A DNA stretch of 12,589 nucleotides from NCBI GenBank assembly GCA_964388035.1, contig CAYLZE010000125.1, positions 1,206-13,794 on the forward strand, given 5' to 3'. The notes beneath the pieces are model-generated. The model had not been told where the DNA came from, made no database searches, and worked only from the letters and a program-made list of their open reading frames with translations. This document shows, one piece after another, positions 1-7,287 of this stretch (positions are counted from its first letter, which is position 1; each line of letters begins with the position of its first letter). Source of the stretch: an uncultured archaeon (GTDB lineage Archaea > Asgardarchaeota > Lokiarchaeia > Sigyniarchaeales > SOKP01). A program made the translations under genes and the position numbers.

Positions 1-80
1 AAATAGGAAAAAAATAAAATATTAGGATTAATTCTTAATTAAATAATAATAAGAAATAAGAAAATTTCAACTAAATATAT

Positions 81-536
81 ATGGCGATTCTTGAAGTGGG
101 AATAAATCTCGGGACGCGGAATATAGTTGAGATTAAATACTATTCCTCTTCGGATGATGTATTAGACCCAAATTTAAGAGCAGGATTCCTTTCAGCTTTA
201 GAATCATTTACGACGGAAGTATTCGGGGATGATATCAACGTTGTTTCCTTAGCCTCATACAAACTGGTATGTTATTGCGAGATGGTGTCCTTGCCTGATG
301 AAAAAGAAGAAAATAAAGTTCCTTTACTCTATTACGCGATTATTGAAAAAGATACAGATTCTAACACGGTAAAAAATGAGCTTAAAACGATAAATCTTCA
401 CTTTCTTAATCGATATTCGCTTAATACAATCTTTAATAAAAAGAAAAAATATTTTAATCCTTTTCATACCCGAATTGATGAAGTTTTGGGAGATTTAAAA
501 TTAAAAACTGAAGATAGATTCAGATCTTTATTTTAA
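81..536 (+). CDS. Longin-like domain protein (stand-alone, Asgard type), 151 aa
   Basis: ATG..TAA ORF. Two N-terminal beta strands, then the helix DPNLRAGFLSALESFTTEVFG, then strands (INVVSL, YKLVCY, LLYYAII) and two C-terminal helices. This is the beta-beta-alpha-beta-beta-beta-alpha-alpha pattern of longin domains. Confidence 0.7.
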   Translation: MAILEVGINLGTRNIVEIKYYSSSDDVLDPNLRAGFLSALESFTTEVFGDDINVVSLASYKLVCYCEMVSLPDEKEENKVPLLYYAIIEKDTDSNTVKNELKTINLHFLNRYSLNTIFNKKKKYFNPFHTRIDEVLGDLKLKTEDRFRSLF

Positions 537-560
537 TAACCACTTTATAAGGGAAATTTA

Positions 561-1742
561 ATGAGCTCCAATATAGGTCCCGAAGCTCAAGCTGTTTATG
601 AAAAATATCTTGATGCAACCACTTTAGATGAAAAAATAAAACGATTAGAAGAATTCCTCTCCGTCGTCCCAAAGCACAAAGCAACCGAAAAAATTGTAGC
701 TTTAAATCGATCCCGATTAGCTAAACTTAAAAGGGAATTGGAGGATAGAAAGAGAAGTTCTTCAGCTTCCAAAACAGTTAGCCCCTTTTCAATTAAAAAA
801 GAAGGCATTCAACTTGTTTTAATTAGTGAATATTACAATCCCGGCGTAGGAAAAACTTCTCTTTTGAATTTTTTAACAGGAGCAGCAAAAGAAGAAATTG
901 GTAGCTTTACCTCACTCCCCGAAATAGGTATTTATACGTATGATAAGATTCGATTTCAAATAGTTGATATGCCTTCGCTAATGGAAGGTGCTTCTACCGG
1001 CGTTGGAAATGGAAAAGAGATTCTCTCCCAAATACGTTCAAGCGATCTAATATGTTTATGTATTGACTTATCACGCAATGTAAAAAATCAGATGATTTTT
1101 TTATTACAAGAATTAAATAACGCATCCATTCGATTAAATCAAGATCCGCCACCTATAGAAATCCAAAAAACTGGAGCTAATAAGATCCAACTCTTTTTTT
1201 TAACCGCAGAAGCACGGGCGCAAGTAGAGATGATGGAAGAAATGAAAGAAATAATAAGGGAAAATGGTATACGAAATTGCGTTGTTAAAATTTATGGGAA
1301 AATCAAATTTAGTCAATTAGCTGATGCTCTCAATCCATCAATGGTATATTTAAAGGCAATTATCTTAGGCACTAAAGGAGATTTACCTCTTACCTCAGAA
1401 TCTTTCAAGTACTTAGAAGAAAACTATTCTGAAAAGTTTCCTATTATATTCGGAACTAGTATTGAAAAAAAGACCTTTCCTAATGATTTTGGTAGAGTAA
1501 TCTTGAATTTCTTGAATAAGATAAAAATTTATACCATGACAAATAGTAGGGTTTCCGAAAAACCCCTTGTAATGGATAAGGATTGTATAGTTAAAGATGT
1601 AGCGTTAAGAATTCACCGTAGCTTTTTTGAATTATTTGATCATGCCATTTTAATAAGAAAAACGGCTCGCCAGAGGAAAAAGAGAGTGGGTTTAGACTAT
1701 CCCTTAGAAAATAATGATATTATTGAAATCCATACAATTTAA
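561..1742 (+). CDS. DRG/Obg-family (TRAFAC) GTPase-like protein with C-terminal TGS domain, 393 aa; G motifs degenerate
   Basis: DRG-type N-terminus (EKIKRLEEFL..VPKHKATEK..RLAKLKREL), P-loop PGVGKT, G3 region IVDMPSLMEGASTGVGNG, DRG insert RLNQDPPPIEIQK, G4 TKGD, TGS-like end VKDVALRIH...KRVGLDYPLENNDIIEIH. Starts 24 nt after the upstream gene, with a GGGA RBS-like motif. Confidence 0.88.
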   Translation: MSSNIGPEAQAVYEKYLDATTLDEKIKRLEEFLSVVPKHKATEKIVALNRSRLAKLKRELEDRKRSSSASKTVSPFSIKKEGIQLVLISEYYNPGVGKTSLLNFLTGAAKEEIGSFTSLPEIGIYTYDKIRFQIVDMPSLMEGASTGVGNGKEILSQIRSSDLICLCIDLSRNVKNQMIFLLQELNNASIRLNQDPPPIEIQKTGANKIQLFFLTAEARAQVEMMEEMKEIIRENGIRNCVVKIYGKIKFSQLADALNPSMVYLKAIILGTKGDLPLTSESFKYLEENYSEKFPIIFGTSIEKKTFPNDFGRVILNFLNKIKIYTMTNSRVSEKPLVMDKDCIVKDVALRIHRSFFELFDHAILIRKTARQRKKRVGLDYPLENNDIIEIHTI

Positions 1743-1788
1743 ATCTAATGACTTCATTGAAATATATTAAAATGCGCTGATATATGCT

Positions 1789-2742
1789 TCAAGTTAAATA
1801 ATCTTCAATATTATCACTTAAATTTAACAGATTCTCGATTAATTTTATGAAATCTTCTTCAGAAATTAATTCTTTTTCAATTAAATTGGTTGCAAATTGT
1901 TTATATTTAATATAATCATCTGAACCTGTTACTTTTTTCAGTTTTGTACTAAATGAGTATAAATTTAAATAAGCATCTCGAAAATTTCCTTTCTTTAATG
2001 AACGATCTTTAATCGTATTTTTTGCCTCTAAAATAGAATTTTTTGTTTTTTCTAAATAGTATTTTAATTTGATTTTGGCACTATCCAATTCATTTTTGAG
2101 CTCTGTTATCTTGTCTTGATATTCCATCTTCAAGGCATCATCGTTTAATTTATCGGAAAGATCAATAATTTTATTCCCAATTGCGATCTTCTTGGCGATA
2201 TTGTTAGTTTTTTCAAATTCGATCAATGATAATAATCTTTCATGGGTAATGTGGAATTGCTTTTCATCATGGTTCTCATCTTTTGAATAAATCGCATTTA
2301 AAAAAGATTCAGATTTACCTTTAGAATCTGTTTGACTTTCCTTCTCGATGCTCTTTGCAGTGATAACCTCTGAAATGGGCTTATCAAGAATTTTAAAATC
2401 CCCTATATTTCCCTTGTAATTTAAAAATAAGTCTTCGTAATCAGCTATTACATCCTTTAATTTTGGAAGCAACCCTTTAATAACATTTTCATCAGTCTTA
2501 TCTGCTATAATCACTAATTCTACCTTTAATTTTGGTTCAGAAGAAATAAAAATAGTATAATCTCCCAGTTCAATGTTCTTTAATGTTTTAGATCCCTTTA
2601 ATACCAATTGAGAGATAAAGGCATTCATCGCAGAAAAGAAAGAACTGAAGAGGGCAACTTTCTCCGTGTCCATGGTTTGAAAATTAAATTCATATACTAA
2701 AAGTCCGGAACCTTGTTGATAGATGAAAAGCGTATAAATCAT
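1789..2742 (-). CDS. N-terminal longin-like domain fused to a C-terminal alpha-helical/coiled-coil region, 317 aa
   Basis: N-terminus MIYTLFIYQQGSGLLVYEFNF...ALFSSFFSAMNAFISQL...LKNIELGDYTIFI...LVIIAD matches the longin-like pattern (SGL turn, F.SA...F helix). The C-terminal half is charged and helical (EYQDKITELKNELDSAKIKLKYYLEK). Confidence 0.72.
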   Translation of the reverse strand: MIYTLFIYQQGSGLLVYEFNFQTMDTEKVALFSSFFSAMNAFISQLVLKGSKTLKNIELGDYTIFISSEPKLKVELVIIADKTDENVIKGLLPKLKDVIADYEDLFLNYKGNIGDFKILDKPISEVITAKSIEKESQTDSKGKSESFLNAIYSKDENHDEKQFHITHERLLSLIEFEKTNNIAKKIAIGNKIIDLSDKLNDDALKMEYQDKITELKNELDSAKIKLKYYLEKTKNSILEAKNTIKDRSLKKGNFRDAYLNLYSFSTKLKKVTGSDDYIKYKQFATNLIEKELISEEDFIKLIENLLNLSDNIEDYLT

Positions 2743-2811
2743 CTGAAGTGACTAAACGATTTTATTTATTCTTATTGGTATGTAAAAAGGAAAACTAAAT
2801 TTAAGAATTTA

Positions 2812-5487
2812 CTATTGAAAAATAGTAACATTTTTTATTTTTTCAATTATTGAAGGAATTAATTGTAATTCTTCCTTGTATTTCTTGTTTAAAGAACCCA
2901 TGCTCTGAACAATATATTTTATGCTTTCTAAGGAATATATTAAATTTTCATAATAATCTATTAAATCTCCTCTAAATACGAGTATCTTATAATCATTTTC
3001 AATAAATTCTTGAATGTCTTCGACGGATAGATTATCTTCAATTCGTAATTTTAAAAGAATCTTTTGAAAATTCAAGCGTCCGCAGTCGCAATAAGGTTTG
3101 TCTTTACACGTGCAATTAAATATTTCTCTCGTCCATTTCAGAATATATTCAATAAATTCTTGTGAAAATTTTTTACGTTTTTTTACTTTCTCCGCATCCA
3201 TGAGAGAAAGAACGCTTGCTGAAAAGAAGTTATTACTAAAGTACTTCATGTTGATATTTTTTGACAGATTTGCCACCACTTTCTTAGAAAGATAGACATT
3301 TTTAATAGGTTTTAATTCTAAAGCAATATCAATTACTTTTTTCGATTCATCTTTGATAAGATTAATAATTTCCATGCATTTTTGAACCGTTAAAAATGAT
3401 CGGGCAATGGCTTTTCCTTTCTCTGTGGATTTATAGCAATCATGTCCATCTTTAGATATCAACCCCAATTTTATAAGATTATTTAAGATAATAATGGTAT
3501 CATAGTGATTATTTATTAAATTGTTATAAAACTTGAAGATCTCATTTGAAGTCATTCCTACTTCGCCCATGGAAATAAAAGCTAATAATTCCGTTAAAAA
3601 ATGATCTTCATCAGGATCGAGTTCAAAATCTCTAATTTTGCCATTTAATAATTTAATAGCTATCTCATCTTCCGTCTCCTTTTGTTTGGAAGAATAGGTT
3701 TTACCGGGTTCTACCAAGAGATAGACATAACCAATTTCATGCTTTTTTAATCTTCCCGCTCTTCCCAGCATTTGCTCGAATTCTGCTACCGTCAAAATTT
3801 TAATGCCCATGGTTAATGATTCGAAGATCACAATCTGAGCAGGTAAATCTACACCTGCTGCTAATGCTGCTGTAGCAACAACCCCGGCTATACTTTGTGC
3901 TTGAAATTCTAATTCAATATGTTTTCGTTCCTCATGGGAAAGTCCAGAATGATAAGCTCTTACTTGGAGTCCTCGTTTTTGAAAATATTGGGAAAGATTC
4001 TCACAATTTTTTCTGGAATTTGTAAAGATTATAGATTGTCCTTTAAACCCATAATTTGATTTAGAAGAAAACGCTGATCGTACCAGGTTTAACATGTATC
4101 TTTTCTTAACATTATCATTAAGACATAGAAGAAGATGACGTTCAATCGGAACCGGTCTATTATTATATTGGATTAATTTCGCATTTAATTTTTTCGCAAG
4201 CTCCATCGGTTGCCCGATAGTCGCACTTAAATATAAAAATTGAGCTTTTGGGTAAATAAATTTCAGTCGGGAGATAAGTCCATCCAAAATAAATCCTCTT
4301 TCGGGTTCAATTAACGTTTGAATCTCATCTATTACGATAGTACCGATTTCTCCTAACTTTTCTTTATTTCCACTTCTAAGAATATAATCGATTGCTTCAT
4401 AGGTGCCGATGATAATATTTGCTTCTCTCAAATCCTCCAAATTACTCATGTTCATTGGTTCTAAAAGTGATTCACCGATCTTTTTAACAATTTTAAATGA
4501 TAACCTCGAATACTTTAAAGTAAATTCTTGCGTTCTTAAATTTGCTAATGCAACAATAGGAACGAGATAAACCATTTTTTCTTTTCTATTCTCCAAAAGT
4601 CGGGAAATTCCCGCTAATTCTCCTACGAGAGTTTTCCCACTTGAAGTGGGTGACATTATTAATTGATCAAGATGCTCATCAATTAATCCCTGTTCCACGG
4701 AAATTGCTTGAATCGGCAATAATGTCTCAATTTTAAGTCTTTTAAATACTTCTTTTAACTCTTTTGGGATTTCTAAATGCTCAATTTTATAATTTAAATA
4801 TTTCTTACTTATTGCTTGATTTTCCTCCTTATCATATAGAGTTATATCCATGTTATTTGCTGGATTAAAGTCCGATTTAAAATAAGAGAGAACTTTCTTG
4901 ACATCCTTGAACTTTAAAATTAAATGGCGAAAAAAATTCTTCAATTTTGGATCAACATCAGTATTCGAAATTAATCCTGAAAAAACCGCATTTTTTAGGA
5001 CTAAATCTAATGCACAATCCGGACAAATGTAGTTATCTTGTAAAGATTTTATCTTTACTCTATTATTTAATAAGGTAAATGTTTTTTTCTCTAAACAACT
5101 TTTACAAAAAGTTAAAGTGAGAATTTTATCCCGTGAAATTTGGAAGTTTTTGAGCATTTCAATAATAGGATTTATATCTTCAGGTTTGGATTGGTCAGAA
5201 AAAGCAATAAATTTATTCTCCTCCGCTAAAATAAACCTTTTAAAAAGTTTGGGATTAATGGGTGTTATAGAGTCGTCAGTTTGTATCTTTTCAAACTTAA
5301 GCGGCCGAATAGTTGTCTTTTCTAATCCGAATAATATTTCTCCCCGAAAAAATGGTGTTTTTACATAAGAAAATTGCAGTTTATCTTTTTTTTGAGATTT
5401 TAGGTAGAAAAAGCTAACATTGAAAATAAACTGGTCATCCTGATTTGGATTTCTATCTAAAACGATGAAATAATTGGCATTTATCAT
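2812..5487 (-). CDS. Archaeal superfamily 2 Ski2-like helicase (ASH-Ski2/COG1202-like, DUF5814-type Cys-rich C-terminus), 891 aa
   Basis: Q motif LLPIQ, motif I SPTSSGKT, Ia LVPIVALAN, Ib GTYE, II DEIQ, III SAT, IV IIFTNSR, YHSGL, V ATAALAAGVDLPA, VI QMLGRAGR. N-terminal CKSC...CPDC and C-terminal CTCKDKPYCDCG metal-binding clusters. Confidence 0.9.
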   Translation of the reverse strand: MINANYFIVLDRNPNQDDQFIFNVSFFYLKSQKKDKLQFSYVKTPFFRGEILFGLEKTTIRPLKFEKIQTDDSITPINPKLFKRFILAEENKFIAFSDQSKPEDINPIIEMLKNFQISRDKILTLTFCKSCLEKKTFTLLNNRVKIKSLQDNYICPDCALDLVLKNAVFSGLISNTDVDPKLKNFFRHLILKFKDVKKVLSYFKSDFNPANNMDITLYDKEENQAISKKYLNYKIEHLEIPKELKEVFKRLKIETLLPIQAISVEQGLIDEHLDQLIMSPTSSGKTLVGELAGISRLLENRKEKMVYLVPIVALANLRTQEFTLKYSRLSFKIVKKIGESLLEPMNMSNLEDLREANIIIGTYEAIDYILRSGNKEKLGEIGTIVIDEIQTLIEPERGFILDGLISRLKFIYPKAQFLYLSATIGQPMELAKKLNAKLIQYNNRPVPIERHLLLCLNDNVKKRYMLNLVRSAFSSKSNYGFKGQSIIFTNSRKNCENLSQYFQKRGLQVRAYHSGLSHEERKHIELEFQAQSIAGVVATAALAAGVDLPAQIVIFESLTMGIKILTVAEFEQMLGRAGRLKKHEIGYVYLLVEPGKTYSSKQKETEDEIAIKLLNGKIRDFELDPDEDHFLTELLAFISMGEVGMTSNEIFKFYNNLINNHYDTIIILNNLIKLGLISKDGHDCYKSTEKGKAIARSFLTVQKCMEIINLIKDESKKVIDIALELKPIKNVYLSKKVVANLSKNINMKYFSNNFFSASVLSLMDAEKVKKRKKFSQEFIEYILKWTREIFNCTCKDKPYCDCGRLNFQKILLKLRIEDNLSVEDIQEFIENDYKILVFRGDLIDYYENLIYSLESIKYIVQSMGSLNKKYKEELQLIPSIIEKIKNVTIFQ

Positions 5488-5669
5488 GGTTTCTAAATTA
5501 ATGACGAAAAGAACTATTCATTATCTTCTATGGGAGCGGTACTAGCTTCTCAATTTTAAGAATGTCGAATAACAATTCAATTTTTTGAATCCTAAGAATA
5601 ATGTCTTAATTTAAATTCAGATATGAATAGAAAAGGAAAGAATAAAATCATTATTAACTCTACATACGT

Positions 5670-5713
5670 GAAAATAATTAAAAAGAAGCTTAAAAATAAA
5701 GAAGAAATAAAAT
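5670..5713 (-). terminator. T-rich archaeal-type terminator region after the 55-aa ORF
   Basis: Minus strand reads ATTTTATTTCTTCTTTATTTTTAAGCTTCTTTTTAATTATTTTC directly after the stop codon. Confidence 0.4.
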
Positions 5714-5881
5714 TTAAAAGCCAAATACTTTTTTTATTTTATCGTATACTTCTTTTATCTGCCTTAATTTTGCCTCGTCGCCTTGATTGATGAAATGTTC
5801 GATCCATTGGGCTAAACCCCCTCCATCTGGGGTCATCCACTGTGCAAAATATTCACAAGCTTGTCTATCTATTTCTGACAT
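5714..5881 (-). CDS. Small hypothetical protein, 55 aa (MSEIDRQACEYFAQWMTPDGGGLAQWIEHFINQGDEAKLRQIKEVYDKIKKVFGF), not in the ORF track
   Basis: Manual translation: ATG at 5881, TAA at 5716-5714. An AAGGT RBS-like motif lies just upstream. The ORF is visibly more GC-rich than its flanks, has a protein-like composition and is followed by a T-rich tract. Confidence 0.75.
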   Translation of the reverse strand: MSEIDRQACEYFAQWMTPDGGGLAQWIEHFINQGDEAKLRQIKEVYDKIKKVFGF

Positions 5882-5934
5882 TTTTACCTTAATGCATTCT
5901 TTATTGTGACTATAATTTTTTGTTTATTTATATT

Positions 5935-5951
5935 TTTATACAAAGTATAAA
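5935..5951. promoter_or_regulatory. Inverted repeat TTTATAC-AAA-GTATAAA giving TATAAA on both strands; candidate bidirectional promoter or operator
   Basis: Perfect 7-bp inverted repeat near the middle of the 140-bp gap between the divergent starts at 5881 (-) and 6022 (+). Confidence 0.4.
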
Positions 5952-6021
5952 TGATTGTTTTTTTAATTATTTATCATAGAACATCTAAATTATTAATATA
6001 TAAAAATAGGATGAAATCATA

Positions 6022-6978
6022 ATGCCAGATGTTAGAATAAAATCTGCAAATGTTGATGATGTTTTTGAGAAATGGAAGAATGATGCCGCTCGAAAGGACA
6101 AGAAGAAAATGGAAAAAGAATTTGGAACGAAAGGAGCTGTTTTTTCGGTAGATAATATTTCTGCTGCCGAGACCGTTCAAGATACCATGAAAGAAGCGGC
6201 GATCTATTTTGAAATACAAAAAGTTGTAGAACCCGTTAAGGGGAAGGACCAAAACTTGGTGATGGCTCCCAAATTATCCAAAGAAACGTTCTATTCCTTT
6301 AAATCCGGTGAAAAAGTAGATAAAGATAAGTGGAAGGGCAAGGAGCAAGTACCAATGTTTGAAAGTATTAAACCCGTAGCTTGCAGTAAATGTCATGGAA
6401 ATGGATACGTGGAAAGTAAATGCGGAGCTTGTGATGGAAAGGGAAAAATTGAAGAAAATGTGACTGTATTTGTTGGAGAAACACAAAGTAAAGATAAAAA
6501 AATCTTTTCTTATCCTTGTGCAGTATGTTTCGGTACGGGAAAGATAAAAGCTCAGTGTAGCGAATGCGGTGGTTATCAAAACCTCTATAAATATGAAATC
6601 CTTCCCGTTCCTTTTAAGACAGTAGTTACCGGTATCCCCGTTCTACATAGTAGCGCTCAAACTAAATATGAAAAAGAAATGGAAAATGATCTCCATCAGC
6701 TCATTGAGCAAGTAGAAGGAATACGTTTTAAAACCTTTAACGAATTAGAAGATAAAGCTGAAGCCTCTTTAGGCTATTGGAACAAGGAAATAAAGAAGAC
6801 CCTCTCTCTTGCTGGAACGGATTTTAAAAAATATGAGAAAGATAAAAACATGAAAGTGGTTTCCGACATTTATCTCTTTCCGATGATTCAATTATTTTGT
6901 CAGACGAAAAAAGGTAGCAAGTTCGAAGTCTATTCTATCGGTTCCGAGGGAAAATTCATCATTTACTCTAACTTCTAA
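6022..6978 (+). CDS. DnaJ-type CxxCxGxG zinc-finger protein lacking a J-domain (possibly SSUH2-like), 318 aa
   Basis: Four motifs CSKCHGNG, CGACDGKG, CAVCFGTG, CSECGGYQ; no HPD motif; AGGATGA RBS-like motif upstream. Confidence 0.8.
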   Translation: MPDVRIKSANVDDVFEKWKNDAARKDKKKMEKEFGTKGAVFSVDNISAAETVQDTMKEAAIYFEIQKVVEPVKGKDQNLVMAPKLSKETFYSFKSGEKVDKDKWKGKEQVPMFESIKPVACSKCHGNGYVESKCGACDGKGKIEENVTVFVGETQSKDKKIFSYPCAVCFGTGKIKAQCSECGGYQNLYKYEILPVPFKTVVTGIPVLHSSAQTKYEKEMENDLHQLIEQVEGIRFKTFNELEDKAEASLGYWNKEIKKTLSLAGTDFKKYEKDKNMKVVSDIYLFPMIQLFCQTKKGSKFEVYSIGSEGKFIIYSNF

Positions 6979-7202
6979 TCTAATTCTATTTATTTTTATT
7001 AAAATTTTAATTCTTAAATTTAGGACTTGATTTTTTCAAATATTTTTTTTAAGGTTTTCTTTTAACAATTTTTATTGAGTGTGTAAAATAAAATTTCTTT
7101 TTTCTAACTAGAAAATTGAAAGCCACGTTTAGAGTTTTTTTACTATTTTTTAAATGGTAAAATTAAGAAATGGAATGATCTTAGGGATTAAATTATCCAT
7201 GG

Positions 7203-7218
7203 AAAAAAGCTTAAATAT
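7203..7218 (+). promoter_or_regulatory. Candidate BRE/TATA promoter of the Ig/TM/WD40 gene
   Basis: AAAAAAGC followed by TTAAATAT, about 70 nt upstream of ATG 7288. The AT-rich background limits certainty. Confidence 0.35.
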
Positions 7219-7287
7219 TTAAATTGAATAAATTGTTATTATTTAATTAGAGATTTTTCTTACACCAAAAGAATCGAAATATAAATT

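Noticed and set aside
5531-5552. Short GC-rich hairpin TGGGAGC-GGTACTA-GCTTCTCA upstream of the helicase, as possible ncRNA or riboswitch
   Set aside because: Weak stem relying on G-U pairs on the strand opposite the helicase mRNA; no recognisable RNA family or tRNA structure.
596-6579. Short antisense ORFs 596..808, 3098..3295, 5117..5368, 5974..6252 and 6274..6579
   Set aside because: They overlap well-supported genes on the opposite strand and show no recognisable motifs; treated as shadow ORFs.
6022-6978. Annotation as chaperone DnaJ
   Set aside because: No J-domain HPD motif or G/F-rich region; only the zinc-finger repeats are shared.
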